Shown here: piece by piece, positions 20,388 to 31,041 of the stretch | Position numbering within the stretch: position 1 is the first letter of the stretch | Layout of the letters: each line of letters begins with the position of its first letter | Assembly: GCA_015059185.1 (NCBI GenBank) | Contig: SVAY01000005.1 | Location: forward strand, 2,093 to 66,092 | DNA from: Erysipelotrichaceae bacterium | GTDB lineage: Bacteria; Bacillota_I; Bacilli_A; RFN20; CAG-826 | Reading direction: 5' to 3' | Length of the DNA stretch: 64,000 bases | Program-made: the position numbers and the translations under genes | Notes under the pieces: generated by a model | Database searches by the model: none | What the model saw: only the letters and a program-made list of their open reading frames with translations | Told to the model about the DNA's origin: nothing

Positions 20388-20657
20388 TTATCCTCTAAAT
20401 GCATATATTCCAAACATGATGATGCCAACAATAAGTGCAATAAGGAAGATAACAAGCAAAACATACTTAAATATCTTCTCATTACGTTGTTGACGATAGA
20501 AAGCAAAATTCTTCTTATCATCTTCCACCATATCAATCACTTCTTGGATAGGTAAAGCGGTAGTTGTCATCTTTGGTTTTTCCTTTAAGGTGACGTCGCT
20601 CCCCTCTTTAATTAGTTCGGCACGGTATTTCCTATAACGTTGAATTCTCGTTTCCAT
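20388..20657 (-). CDS. Hypothetical protein with C-terminal membrane anchor
   Basis: 89 aa with a hydrophobic C-terminus; first gene of the cmk-der run. Confidence 0.7.
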   Translation of the reverse strand: METRIQRYRKYRAELIKEGSDVTLKEKPKMTTTALPIQEVIDMVEDDKKNFAFYRQQRNEKIFKYVLLVIFLIALIVGIIMFGIYAFRG

Positions 20658-20773
20658 GCCATTATTCTAATTAAATTAGAAATGTATTCCAACAACATTT
20701 CATTATTTTGTTTACATTTGTAACCTCAAGCAGTTATAATCTTCTTAGACTAAAAGCCAAGGAGGAATGTTTA

Positions 20774-20953
20774 ATGGCTAAGAAAAAAGTAAAAGTTGAT
20801 AGCTCACTCTGCATAGGCTGTGGCGCATGCGCTGGTTCCTATCCAGACGATTTCCAAATCGGAGACAGTGGATTTGCTGAACCTGTAACCGGTGAAGGTG
20901 AGAGCGAAGCCGCAAGCGTTTGCCCAGTTGGTGCAATTTCCGTTGAGGAATAG
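20774..20953 (+). CDS. Ferredoxin (single 4Fe-4S cluster)
   Basis: CIGCGAC...CPVGAI; GGAGG RBS before the ATG at 20774. Confidence 0.92.
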   Translation: MAKKKVKVDSSLCIGCGACAGSYPDDFQIGDSGFAEPVTGEGESEAASVCPVGAISVEE

Positions 20954-20961
20954 TTATAAAA

Positions 20962-20992
20962 CAAAAGCAGGGCTTGAATGCCCTGTTTTTTT
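20962..20992 (+). terminator. Intrinsic terminator, probably bidirectional
   Basis: AAAAGCAGGGC-loop-GCCCTGTTTTTTT between convergent genes. Confidence 0.85.
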
Positions 20993-21010
20993 GTGCCTTT
21001 TAAATCAATA

Positions 21011-21397
21011 TTAGAAGTTATTCTTTATCTCTTCGTAGATGAGAACGGCATTTCTTACACACTCTTCACACGGACATAAAGGCCTTCCATTAGTAAGAGT
21101 TTTAAGATCTCGACACTTGGTTGCTCCGCATCTAGCTTTAAACTTCTCAATTAACTCGCGACTATATCTTAAAGTGGCCTTACCTTCTAGATGTAATCCG
21201 AGAATGATATTCACTCCAATAAGCGCTCCACATGTTGCTTCCATATTGCCCATGCCAGCGCAGAATCCACTAGCGATGTTTGCTAATATTTCTTCTTCTA
21301 AATTGGTCTCATCTTTAAGTGCTATACATACCGCTTGAGCGCAGTTATATTTTCCACTTAATTTGAGATTTGCAGCAAAATCCGCTCTATTTTCCAT
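21011..21397 (-). CDS. C-GCAxxG-C-C family putative redox protein
   Basis: YNCAQAV, GFCAGMG, TCGALIG, C..L, C..CV. Confidence 0.85.
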   Translation of the reverse strand: MENRADFAANLKLSGKYNCAQAVCIALKDETNLEEEILANIASGFCAGMGNMEATCGALIGVNIILGLHLEGKATLRYSRELIEKFKARCGATKCRDLKTLTNGRPLCPCEECVRNAVLIYEEIKNNF

Positions 21398-21401
21398 AAA
21401 T

Positions 21402-22142
21402 TTAGGCTAAAAACTCCAATATTTTATTTGTAGCTAATTCTATTTGTTTTTCATTTGTAATAGTAGCCTCACCATCACCTTTTTGTTTTCCATACATTCC
21501 AAAATAAGCGTGGTTACCACCTTCAATAACGTATTCAGTAGTGTCAGCTGGCCACTTAGATTTACTCGCATTATATTTTTCTCTTTCTAAAACCTTGTCT
21601 TCACTACCATATATATTAAGCATCCTTAATTCAGCAGAAGAGATATCATCATTCGGATAAGAAGCAAGATTAATAACACCAGTAAAGCTATCAAGATGTT
21701 TAGAAGCATAAGTTGACGCTACTACTCCACCTAAAGAATGTCCCGCCATATACCATGTTTTAATCTCGGGATATTTTGCAATATATCCATCCGCTTTATT
21801 AGGAGATAGAACGGCAAGATTAAATGTCATATGAGGTAAGATACAAGTATAACCATGCTCTGCTATACTAGCTAAGATAGGTTCATAAGCTGTATATTCA
21901 ACTTTTCCCCCTGGATAGAAGATGATACCCGCTTTATTAGATTCATCTTTTCCTTTAATCTCAAGCGTCTTATCACCTATTTCATTAACTGTCACTTCTT
22001 TCGTCGCGACAAATCCTGTAATGATATAGTCTTCAACATGATAATACATAGAGACATAGATAAAGAAGATACTTGTAAGCATCACCACTACACCTAGAAT
22101 AGATGATATTGAGATAATAATAGTCTTCTTTTTCTTACTCAT
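21402..22142 (-). CDS. Membrane-anchored alpha/beta hydrolase
   Basis: N-terminal TM, FYPGG, GHSLGG, GSED, GGNHAYFG. Confidence 0.88.
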   Translation of the reverse strand: MSKKKKTIIISISSILGVVVMLTSIFFIYVSMYYHVEDYIITGFVATKEVTVNEIGDKTLEIKGKDESNKAGIIFYPGGKVEYTAYEPILASIAEHGYTCILPHMTFNLAVLSPNKADGYIAKYPEIKTWYMAGHSLGGVVASTYASKHLDSFTGVINLASYPNDDISSAELRMLNIYGSEDKVLEREKYNASKSKWPADTTEYVIEGGNHAYFGMYGKQKGDGEATITNEKQIELATNKILEFLA

Positions 22143-22194
22143 ACCTCAAGTAATATACCACTCTTCAATAAAGTTACATAGTAAAAAACTATTT

Positions 22195-22244
22195 TGTACA
22201 TTTTATATCGATATTATGTACATTTCATTTATTTTTATTGTACA
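22195..22244 (+). promoter_or_regulatory. Three TGTACA palindromes at 22-bp spacing (TA autoregulatory operator)
   Basis: TGTACA at 22195, 22217 and 22239. Confidence 0.65.
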
Positions 22245-22266
22245 CTATATGTGTAGAGGTATTATT

Positions 22267-22503
22267 ATGTGTTATGTAACAGCAACGGAACTGAAAAATA
22301 ATCTTAGTCACTATCTAGAACTATCAAAAAAAGAGGATGTTTTCATAACAAAAAATAATAAAGTGATATCTGTTTTATCTAACCCAACAAATAATGCCAC
22401 ACTAGAAGCAATCATGTATGTTGAATCGCTTGATATACCAAAAGATTTACCTTCTAATGATAAGTTATTAGAAGAGGAAATAATGAAAAGATGCACATTC
22501 TAG
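22267..22503 (+). CDS. Phd/YefM family antitoxin
   Basis: VTATELKNNLSHYL...DVFITKN; start after AGAGGT. Confidence 0.88.
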   Translation: MCYVTATELKNNLSHYLELSKKEDVFITKNNKVISVLSNPTNNATLEAIMYVESLDIPKDLPSNDKLLEEEIMKRCTF

Positions 22504-22910
22504 TGGATACAAATGTATTTTTAGATTTCTTTCTTAAAAGGGAAGACTACGAAGATGTTAAAAAATTCTTTTTATATTGTACCAAGCTGAACAACAAACT
22601 TTTTATTAATGCCTTATCTTTAAGAGATATTGAATATGTCACCCACAGGGCATTACATAACAAGGACCAATCCAAAAGGATCCAAATGTTAGCATATAGA
22701 ATGTGCTATAAGATAATAGGGTTGAGTGATGTTAGCACTATTGAAGCACTCTATTCTGATGTTAATGATTACGAAGATGCTTTAATGATTGAGTGTGCTA
22801 GAGAAAATGGTCTAGACATAATAGTTACAAACAATATAAAAGATTATAAAAATGGCCACTATCCCGTTTTTACACCAAAAGAATTAGTAGATATTTGGTC
22901 ACGTAGTTAG
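22491..22910 (+). CDS. PIN-domain (VapC-like) toxin
   Basis: ILVDTNVFLD, DYEDA, IVTNNIKDY; overlaps the antitoxin. Confidence 0.88.
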   Translation: MHILVDTNVFLDFFLKREDYEDVKKFFLYCTKLNNKLFINALSLRDIEYVTHRALHNKDQSKRIQMLAYRMCYKIIGLSDVSTIEALYSDVNDYEDALMIECARENGLDIIVTNNIKDYKNGHYPVFTPKELVDIWSRS

Positions 22911-23665
22911 TTATTGTATTCAGCATCTATTACTTCTTTTGCTAAAGATAGATAGGCAGTTGATGCTTTCCCACTTGGTCTCCACATAGTAACTGGGATG
23001 CCTCTAATATTACTTTCAGGAATTGAGTTCGTACGTGGAATACGAGAGGAATATGTTTTTTCTTTAAATATTGTTCTTATCTCATTAGCGATTTCATTAT
23101 CAAGCTCACTAGCTGGATCATACATTGTTAATACAACTCCCTCTATTGATAAATCGGGGTTATATTTACTTTTCACATTGGCGATGTTCGCTAAAATCTG
23201 GGTGACCGCATTAAGAGCAAAGTATTGGCACTGTACAGGGATAATAATAGAATTCGATGCAGTTAAACTATTAATTGTTAAAACACCTAAACTAGGTGGA
23301 CAGTCAATAATAACATAATCATAAATGTTAGCTACTTTATTAAGAGCTTTTTTTAATAAATAGAATTTCTTTTCAGGTGTTTCTTCTAAATTAGAAACAA
23401 TGAGTTTAGAAGGGATGATATCAAGGTTCTTCACCACTGTTGGTTGAATAGATTCTTTAATCTTATATTCATCCATTAAAACTTCCATGATGCTTTTATC
23501 TACTAAAGAAGTATCAATCCCATATCCTCTAGATGTATTACCTTGAGGATCCATATCAATTAAAAGGACTTTACGAGAAAAATGGGCTAAACCAGCCGCT
23601 AGATTAATTGCAGTATTAGTCTTACCAACACCACCTTTATGATTTGCAATAGATATTACTTTCAT
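22907..23665 (-). CDS. parA: ParA/Soj family ATPase
   Basis: KGGVGKT, DMDPQGN, IDCPPSLG, IPVQC. Confidence 0.9.
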   Translation of the reverse strand: MKVISIANHKGGVGKTNTAINLAAGLAHFSRKVLLIDMDPQGNTSRGYGIDTSLVDKSIMEVLMDEYKIKESIQPTVVKNLDIIPSKLIVSNLEETPEKKFYLLKKALNKVANIYDYVIIDCPPSLGVLTINSLTASNSIIIPVQCQYFALNAVTQILANIANVKSKYNPDLSIEGVVLTMYDPASELDNEIANEIRTIFKEKTYSSRIPRTNSIPESNIRGIPVTMWRPSGKASTAYLSLAKEVIDAEYNN

Positions 23666-24348
23666 AATGGTCGTTCCTTTATCTCTTTATAATTACGTGG
23701 GTATCTTAAAGAATTATCCTTATCTTTCCTTATTAATATATTAACTCTTTTATCTCCAGTAGGAAGTGTATGTTCATCAGTCTTCACTACTGAACAGTTA
23801 AGCTTTCTTAAAGCGTGACAAGATTTTTCGATCTCGTTATATGCTTCTGGGCCTTTCATCGCGATAAAATATCCACCTACTTTGAGTAGAGGAATAGCGA
23901 GTTCAAGTAAAATAGATAAATCTGCCACTGCACGAGCAATGACAATATCATATTCCTTACGATGTAAACGGGCATATTCTTCTGCACGAGCATTAATGGT
24001 ATGGAAAAACTTATTCTTAAATCCATCAATGACTTTCGTCTTCTTGGCGGTAGAATCAAGTAAAGAAACATCCGCAGTACTTAAGATATTAATGACACTA
24101 CCAGGGAAGCCAGCACCAGTACCAATATCTAATACTTTTTTATCATTAAAATCAGTGAGCAATAGAGGAAGCGCACTATCAAAGATCATCTTTGACATGA
24201 ATTCGTTCTTATCCTTAATGGCAGTAAGATTGACCTTCTCATTTTTATCTAAAATATAAAACATATAACTTTCGAGTAAAGAGGCTTCTTCTTCCCCACA
24301 AGTTATACCTTTTATCGCTAATAAAGTTTGAAGTTCTTTTAATGTCAT
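23662..24348 (-). CDS. rsmG: 16S rRNA m7G527 methyltransferase
   Basis: NLTAI, DIGTGAGFPG, RAE, ARAVA, YPR. Confidence 0.95.
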   Translation of the reverse strand: MTLKELQTLLAIKGITCGEEEASLLESYMFYILDKNEKVNLTAIKDKNEFMSKMIFDSALPLLLTDFNDKKVLDIGTGAGFPGSVINILSTADVSLLDSTAKKTKVIDGFKNKFFHTINARAEEYARLHRKEYDIVIARAVADLSILLELAIPLLKVGGYFIAMKGPEAYNEIEKSCHALRKLNCSVVKTDEHTLPTGDKRVNILIRKDKDNSLRYPRNYKEIKERPL

Positions 24349-26213
24349 AAATGTTTTCTTCTTACATTAAGAATGAGGATGCTAACATCGCTAGGATTAA
24401 CTCCACTTACACGTGAAGCTTGTCCGATTGTTAATGGCCTTATTTTATCAAGTTTTTGTCTCGCTTCAAGTCTAAGCCCATCCATATTTAAATAATCAAA
24501 GTCATCAGGTATCTTCATTTCTTCTAATTTTCTTTGATTCTCTGCTTCTCTAATTTGTTTAGCAATATAGCCTTCATATTTACAAATAATTTCAATCTCT
24601 TCAATAGTGTCTTCCGATAGAGAAAAACCATCTAATTCTTTAATAAAACGTTTAATTTCCGTATATTTTACGTTTTGACGCTTTAAAATTTCACTTCCAA
24701 GAACACCGCCTTTAAGTTCGTTATAGCCTAAAGAAGAGAGATATTCTTCCACTTCTTTTCTTTTCCCAATATAGGTGTTATTAAGTATCTCTAAAACATT
24801 CTTGATATCTTCTTTTTTCTTAATAAAGTTTTGATATCTTTCTTCGCTGATTAAACCAATCTTATGTCCAATTTCAGTTAAACGTAAATCTGCGTTATCA
24901 TGTCTCATCAATAAGCGGAATTCTGCACGTGATGATAATAGTCTATAAGGTTCTTCTGTTCCTTTAGTCACAAGATCATCAATCATCACTCCAATATATG
25001 ATTCATCTCGACGTAAGATGAGAGGTTCTTGATTTCTAATCTTAAGGACAGCGTTAATACCAGCAAGTAAACCTAAGCCTGCCGCTTCTTCATACCCACT
25101 TGTTCCGCATATTTGTCCTGCTACATATAATCCAGGCCACTTCTTAATCTCTAAAGTTGGACCATATTCTTCACTTCTAATCGCATCATATTCAATCGCG
25201 TATGCGTATTTAAGGAACACCGCGTTTTCAAAGCCAGGTAAACTTCTTACCATCTTTTCTTGGATCTCCACTCCCATAGAAGTTGAGAAACCTTGTAAAT
25301 AAATAGAATCAGTATATCGAGATTCTGGCTCCAAGAATAATTGATGTCTTTCTTTATCAACGAATGTCATAACTTTACTTTCTATAGAAGGACAGTATCG
25401 AGGACCCACCCCAGTCACAAGTCCACTATATAAAGCAGTTTCATCTAAATTATCACGAATGATTTGATGTGTTTCAGGTGTTGTATAGATTAAATAACAT
25501 AATTCTTGTTCTTCAACAGGAATAAATTCTTTTGTTTCATAAGAGAAGGCTAAATGTCCTTTTGTACCCGGTTGAGGGCTTGCTTTAGAAAAGTCGATGG
25601 AATCTCTTTTAATACGTGGAGGGGTACCAGTTTTAAACCTTACTGTATTAATACCCATACTTCTTAAATATGGAGATAAGCCTAAACTAGGTGCTTCTCC
25701 ATCTGGTCCTTCACTTTTCTTAACATGTCCACGGAAGATCTCCGCTTCCATATAGGTACCAGTCGTTAAAATAACAGCGTTAGCGGTATATTCTTTCCCG
25801 CTTTTAGTTCTTACTCCATAAACATGCTTATCATCATGGATTAAAGAAATAACTGTATCTTCTACGACAGTTAAATGAGGTGTGTTAAGGGCTAAATCTT
25901 GTAAATATTTAGGATATTCTAATTTATCTTGTTGAGCGCGTAAGCATTGAACACCAGGTCCTTTGCCAGTATTAAGCATCTTCATTTGGAGATAATGATG
26001 ATCTGCAGCCTTACCCATCATGCCACCTAATGCATCTATTTCTCTAACAACGATGCCTTTCGCACTTCCTCCAATAGAAGGATTACAAGGCATATTACCC
26101 ATCATCTTAATATTGATAGAAATAAGGAGAGTTTCTTCTCCCATATGGGCACTACTAAAAGCAGCTTCTAAGCCCGCATGTCCTCCACCAACAACAATAA
26201 CGGAATAATCCAT
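24345..26213 (-). CDS. mnmG: tRNA uridine-5-carboxymethylaminomethyl modification enzyme GidA
   Basis: VVGGGHAG, MPCNPSIGG, KTGTPPR, GPRYCPSIE, GTSGYEEA. Confidence 0.98.
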   Translation of the reverse strand: MDYSVIVVGGGHAGLEAAFSSAHMGEETLLISINIKMMGNMPCNPSIGGSAKGIVVREIDALGGMMGKAADHHYLQMKMLNTGKGPGVQCLRAQQDKLEYPKYLQDLALNTPHLTVVEDTVISLIHDDKHVYGVRTKSGKEYTANAVILTTGTYMEAEIFRGHVKKSEGPDGEAPSLGLSPYLRSMGINTVRFKTGTPPRIKRDSIDFSKASPQPGTKGHLAFSYETKEFIPVEEQELCYLIYTTPETHQIIRDNLDETALYSGLVTGVGPRYCPSIESKVMTFVDKERHQLFLEPESRYTDSIYLQGFSTSMGVEIQEKMVRSLPGFENAVFLKYAYAIEYDAIRSEEYGPTLEIKKWPGLYVAGQICGTSGYEEAAGLGLLAGINAVLKIRNQEPLILRRDESYIGVMIDDLVTKGTEEPYRLLSSRAEFRLLMRHDNADLRLTEIGHKIGLISEERYQNFIKKKEDIKNVLEILNNTYIGKRKEVEEYLSSLGYNELKGGVLGSEILKRQNVKYTEIKRFIKELDGFSLSEDTIEEIEIICKYEGYIAKQIREAENQRKLEEMKIPDDFDYLNMDGLRLEARQKLDKIRPLTIGQASRVSGVNPSDVSILILNVRRKHL

Positions 26214-26214
26214 A

Positions 26215-27618
26215 TTAACCAACACTACCCTCCATATCGAGTTTAATTAATTGATTAAGTTCAACGGCATATTCCATAGGTAGTTCTTTTGAGAAAGGTT
26301 CAATGAATCCCATAATAATCATTTGGGTTGCTTCTTTCTCACTTAAGCCACGGCTCATAAGATAGAAAAGTTGTTCTTCATTAATCTTACTAACAGTTGC
26401 TTCATGTTCAATATATGAAAGGTTATTTTTAACTTCATTTGTAGGAATTGTGTCCGATTTAGAAAGGTTATCTAAAATGAGTGTATCACATTCAACATGG
26501 CTACGACAGTTATGGGCATCTTTATGATGTCTAACTGTGCCACGATAATTCGCTACTCCACCATTCTTTACAATGGACTTAGAAATGATGGTACTACTGG
26601 TGTTACTAGCGAGATGAATCATACGCGCTCCCGCATCTTGATATTGGCCTTTAGAAGCAACAGCAATAGAGATACATGTGCCCTTTGCTCCTTCACCTGC
26701 CAAGATACAAGCTGGATACTTCATGTTATATAAAGAACCAATGTTTCCATCAATCCATTCCATCTGTGCATTTTCCATGCATTTTGCACGTTTTGTGACT
26801 AAATTAATGATATTTGTAGACCAGTTTTGGACTGTTGAATAACGACATTTGCCGTCTTTAAGTACAATAATTTCAACAACCGCCGCGTGTAAAGAATCTT
26901 TACTATAAATAGGAGCAGTACATCCTTCAACATAATGCACATCTGCACCTTCATCAACAATGATCAAAGTTCTTTCAAATTGACCACTCTTTTCGTTATT
27001 AATTCTAAAGTAAGATTGAAGTGGTTTATCTAGATGCACACCCTTAGGTACATAGATAAAACTTCCTCCACTCCAAACCGCACTATTTAAAGCACTAAAC
27101 TTGTTATCAGCGAAAGGTATAACTGTACCAAAATATTTTTTAAAAATGTCAGGACATACTTTAAGGGCCATATCTGTAGAAAGAAAGATCACACCTTTTT
27201 CTTCTACTTCCTTAAGCATGTTATGATAAACGACTTCAGATTCATATTGAGTAGAGACACCTGCTAAATACTTTTGTTCTGCTTCTGGGATACCAAGTTT
27301 AGAGAATGTATTTTTAATTGTTTCAGGTACTTCATTCCAGTCTTTAGATTCTTTTTCGGCTGGACGAGTAAAATATGTATAACTTTGGAAATCTAAATTA
27401 GATAAATCAGGTCCATAACTAGGTAAAGGTAAACGATTAAATGCTTCTAAAGCCTTAAGACGATATTCAAGCATCCATTCTGGTTCACCCTTAAGTCGAG
27501 AGATTTCTCTAATAATATCTTCGGATAAACCTTTAGGTGTTTTTAAAATAGAGACGTCTTCGTCCTTAAACCCTGTTTTTTCTAAAGTCTTTTGGAAATC
27601 TAAATCTTTATTACTCAT
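26215..27618 (-). CDS. sufB: Fe-S cluster assembly protein SufB
   Basis: [37 protein letters not shown]. Confidence 0.97.
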   Translation of the reverse strand: MSNKDLDFQKTLEKTGFKDEDVSILKTPKGLSEDIIREISRLKGEPEWMLEYRLKALEAFNRLPLPSYGPDLSNLDFQSYTYFTRPAEKESKDWNEVPETIKNTFSKLGIPEAEQKYLAGVSTQYESEVVYHNMLKEVEEKGVIFLSTDMALKVCPDIFKKYFGTVIPFADNKFSALNSAVWSGGSFIYVPKGVHLDKPLQSYFRINNEKSGQFERTLIIVDEGADVHYVEGCTAPIYSKDSLHAAVVEIIVLKDGKCRYSTVQNWSTNIINLVTKRAKCMENAQMEWIDGNIGSLYNMKYPACILAGEGAKGTCISIAVASKGQYQDAGARMIHLASNTSSTIISKSIVKNGGVANYRGTVRHHKDAHNCRSHVECDTLILDNLSKSDTIPTNEVKNNLSYIEHEATVSKINEEQLFYLMSRGLSEKEATQMIIMGFIEPFSKELPMEYAVELNQLIKLDMEGSVG

Positions 27619-27619
27619 A

Positions 27620-28045
27620 TTATCTACCTAATATCTTATTAGCAGCATTCCAACCAATGGTCGCACATCTAATTCTTGCAGCTTGTTTAGAAGTATTGAT
27701 AAAGACAAGGGCTTCATCAAGTACATCATCTTCAAATGGTTCTTCATGAATCATATGAAGATAGTTATCAATAATTCTAAAAGCTTCTTCTTTACTCTTA
27801 TTGATTAATAAACCACACATAATATCTGTAGAAGCGGTTGTAATTGTACATCCAACCCCATCAAAACAAGCGTCTACCACTTTATCATCTTTAATTAATA
27901 AATAAACATTAATATCATCGATACAGTTATCACTATGCATATGGGTGGAAATATATCCTTCACCAGTAGGAGTATGTTTAAAGCCTGGATTTGAGTAATG
28001 ATCCATAATTATTTGTCTCATCATTTCATTAGTTAAAGTAAGCAT
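27620..28045 (-). CDS. sufU: SUF system NifU-family protein
   Basis: IMDHY, NCIDD, GVGC, RIRCA. Confidence 0.92.
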   Translation of the reverse strand: MLTLTNEMMRQIIMDHYSNPGFKHTPTGEGYISTHMHSDNCIDDINVYLLIKDDKVVDACFDGVGCTITTASTDIMCGLLINKSKEEAFRIIDNYLHMIHEEPFEDDVLDEALVFINTSKQAARIRCATIGWNAANKILGR

Positions 28046-29252
28046 CTAAAATATCTCCCTTCTCCTTAAGGACATCGTATAAATAATCAATATCTTCTTT
28101 AGAGGTATATAAATAGAATGAGGCTCTAAGAGTAGCCGCACATCCTAAATAATCATTAAGCATCTTCGCACAGTGTTGGCCACTTCTCACTGCCACCTTA
28201 CGATAATTAAGTAAAGTAGCTTCATCTTGAGAAAAGATTCCCTTACGATTAAAGGTCACGATACCAGCCTCGCTATCTTTGTTATATATTTCTATATCAT
28301 CAAGTTTAGATAACTTCTCGATAGCATATCTTTTAAGCTCTTTTTCATGTGCTTCGATATTATCTAGACCGATAGCATTTAAATAATCAATAGCAGCACC
28401 TAACCCAATGATACCAGCAATGTTTAAAGTCCCTGCTTCAAACTTAGTAGGTGGGTTAAGAAGTTCAACTGATACGTCCTTAGAGAATGTGACGTTCATC
28501 CCGCCACCTAAAAGGAAAGAATCCATCTTATCTAATAAATCATATTTAGCAACTAAACATCCAATACCTGTTGGACCAAGCATCTTATGTCCTGAGAAAC
28601 TTAAGAAGTCGACATCAAGATCTTTGAAGTCGGTTTTTGAGTGTGGCACAGATTGTGCACCATCAAGAGCAAATAACGCTCCAACTTTATGAACTTCTTT
28701 ACTAAATTCTTTAATGTCAATCTTATTTCCTAAGACATTAGTAACAGCAGCTAAAGCAACAATTTTAGTATTATTTGTTAAAGTTTTAACTAGATTTTCT
28801 TTTGTTATGCATCCTTTTTCATCTAAAGGAATGAATTTAATAACTGCGCCAGTTTTTTCTGCCACCTTAAACCAAGGAAGAGTATTAGAAGCGTGTTCAG
28901 CTTCATCAATAATGATTTCATCTCCCGCTTTTAAATATTTCATCGCATATCCATAAGCAATAAGATTAATAGACATTGTAGCGCCACTAGTAAATACCAC
29001 TTCATTTGGATTGGCATTCACAAATTTAGCAACCTTATTTCTTACTTCATCAACTTTTTGATCAACTTTAAAACAAGTATCGTAATCACCCCTATGAGAA
29101 TTAGCGGTATAAGTTGAGTAATATAGGTTAATTGCGTCAATCACACATTGAGGTTTAAATGTAGTAGAAGCATTATCTAAAAAGACGAGATTACTACGAT
29201 CAGGATGAGTGAACATTGGAAAATCTTTTCTTATCTTTTTAACATCTAACAT
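28029..29252 (-). CDS. sufS: Cysteine desulfurase
   Basis: LDNAST, DGAQS, FSGHKMLGPTG, RSGQHCA. Confidence 0.95.
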   Translation of the reverse strand: MLDVKKIRKDFPMFTHPDRSNLVFLDNASTTFKPQCVIDAINLYYSTYTANSHRGDYDTCFKVDQKVDEVRNKVAKFVNANPNEVVFTSGATMSINLIAYGYAMKYLKAGDEIIIDEAEHASNTLPWFKVAEKTGAVIKFIPLDEKGCITKENLVKTLTNNTKIVALAAVTNVLGNKIDIKEFSKEVHKVGALFALDGAQSVPHSKTDFKDLDVDFLSFSGHKMLGPTGIGCLVAKYDLLDKMDSFLLGGGMNVTFSKDVSVELLNPPTKFEAGTLNIAGIIGLGAAIDYLNAIGLDNIEAHEKELKRYAIEKLSKLDDIEIYNKDSEAGIVTFNRKGIFSQDEATLLNYRKVAVRSGQHCAKMLNDYLGCAATLRASFYLYTSKEDIDYLYDVLKEKGDILDAYFN

Positions 29253-29253
29253 A

Positions 29254-30048
29254 TTAGATTCTTCCCTCGATCATATCAGAAATACTTTCTTGTAATTTCT
29301 CATCTTCAAAACCGTTTAGAATTGGTTTTAAATAGCCGTACGTAATAAGTTCTCTAGCTTCTGCTTCACTTAATCCTTTAGAAGTAAGATAGAACATATG
29401 TTCATCACTAATCTTACCAACAACGGCGGCGTGGCTAGCTTCAATATCGTTATCATCAATCTTTAATATTGGTTTAGCAATCGCATCACTCTTTTCATCA
29501 AAGACCATAATCTTAGAATTTTGGTGGGCTTTAGAACCATGTGCGCCATTGATGATATGGCAGATACCAGAGAATAATAAACGTGATTCGTCTCGAGCAA
29601 CACCATAGTTATTGATATAAGCTTCAGTCTTAAGATTTCTTAAATAAATAGAAACATCAAATTCTTTATTATCTTTATTAGACGCTAATGAAGCTAAGTT
29701 CCAAGTACATTGAGATGCTTCACCTACTAAATTAATATCAGTAGATAACTTCACCACTTCCTCACCGAAGTCGGCGTAATAACAAATTAAATTACTAGAA
29801 GCATCAACATCACCTTTAATGGATAAGTTAATAGGAGTCACTTGTAAGAAAGAATATTTCACAACTGAATCTTTTCCAATTTTGAAAGTGATGTTTCTTT
29901 CTTCGTTCATATTTAAAAATAAGATAGAAACATTTTGAAGATCACCGATTTCAAAATATAAATCCTTATCTAAAACAGTTAATCCATCAAAGGTATAACT
30001 ATTAGACTCTAAATTATTATGTGATGTTTTTAATATAATATTATCCAT
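29254..30048 (-). CDS. sufD: SufD family Fe-S assembly protein
   Basis: KPILKIDDNDIEASHAAVVG, FYLTSKG. Confidence 0.9.
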   Translation of the reverse strand: MDNIILKTSHNNLESNSYTFDGLTVLDKDLYFEIGDLQNVSILFLNMNEERNITFKIGKDSVVKYSFLQVTPINLSIKGDVDASSNLICYYADFGEEVVKLSTDINLVGEASQCTWNLASLASNKDNKEFDVSIYLRNLKTEAYINNYGVARDESRLLFSGICHIINGAHGSKAHQNSKIMVFDEKSDAIAKPILKIDDNDIEASHAAVVGKISDEHMFYLTSKGLSEAEARELITYGYLKPILNGFEDEKLQESISDMIEGRI

Positions 30049-30866
30049 TATTTTATTGTTTCTTTAACTGCGCATGTACCAAGAGATACTTTATTCATAT
30101 CTTGGTCTTCTTTTTCAATATTGATACCGTATTCAGTCTTGATAAATTCATAGCCTTCTCTATCAATACGTTTCACTAAATCTTTATCACCATCTAAAGC
30201 GATACGTCCGTTAATAATGACAACCGCTCTAGTAGGATGGATTAAATCAAACAATCTAGCATAGTGAGAAATCACCATAAAACTACGGTCATTTGTCTTT
30301 TCTTGATTAATGACATCTGCTACGACTTGAATTGCATCAACATCGAGTCCAGAATCGATTTCATCAAGCATCGCTAAATTTGGTTTTAAAAGTAATAATT
30401 GGAGGATTTCATTTCTCTTCTTTTCTCCTCCGGAGAATCCTTCGTTAAGATTACGGGTGACGAAATCAAAAGGAATCTTCACTTCTTTAGTAGCTTTATC
30501 TAGTACTTTATAGAAGTTATAAGTTGAGATAGGTTTTTCACTTCTAGAGTTTACTGCGGCACGTAAAAAATCACTATTACTGACACCTGGTATTTCTACT
30601 GGATTTTGGAAGCCGAGGAAAATACCTAATTTGGCTCTTTCATCAGTGGTCAACTTAAGAACATCTTGATCACCATAAAAAATTGATCCTTCTGTCACCT
30701 GGTATTTTGGATGACCCATAATGACGTTAAGTAAAGTGGATTTACCGTGTCCATTTGGACCAAGAACTGCAACGAGTTCACCATCATTGATGGTTAAATT
30801 AATACCCTTAAGTATTTGCTTACCTTCAACGGAAGCATGTAAATTAGTAATCTTTAGAGTTGCCAT
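30048..30866 (-). CDS. sufC: Fe-S assembly ABC ATPase
   Basis: GPNGHGKST, FQNPVEIPGV, FSGGEKKRNE, LDEIDSGLD. Confidence 0.97.
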   Translation of the reverse strand: MATLKITNLHASVEGKQILKGINLTINDGELVAVLGPNGHGKSTLLNVIMGHPKYQVTEGSIFYGDQDVLKLTTDERAKLGIFLGFQNPVEIPGVSNSDFLRAAVNSRSEKPISTYNFYKVLDKATKEVKIPFDFVTRNLNEGFSGGEKKRNEILQLLLLKPNLAMLDEIDSGLDVDAIQVVADVINQEKTNDRSFMVISHYARLFDLIHPTRAVVIINGRIALDGDKDLVKRIDREGYEFIKTEYGINIEKEDQDMNKVSLGTCAVKETIK

Positions 30867-30975
30867 AGTCTCACCTCAAGCCAATTAATTGTATGGCAAA
30901 AGTATAACCTAGTTCAAATAATACGATAAAAAACTTTCACGGGTATGTGTGCCCATTATATTTTTAAATAAAATA

Positions 30976-31005
30976 TTGAAAGTAATGAGGCGTTTTACGT
31001 ATAAT
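30976..31005 (+). promoter_or_regulatory. Putative sigma-A promoter of the lipoprotein pair
   Basis: TTGAAA-N18-TATAAT. Confidence 0.55.
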
Positions 31006-31041
31006 GTAACGTGCTATACGCTCAGGAGAAGGAGAGAAAAC

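Noticed and set aside
24405-24420. parS-like ACTTACACGTGAAGCT inside mnmG, and a weaker TTCACGTGA near 55872
   Set aside because: Four or more mismatches to the consensus, explained by coding sequence
30949-31041. Longer N-terminus for the PrsA-like lipoprotein
   Set aside because: It spans the promoter; the RBS and signal peptide support ATG 31042
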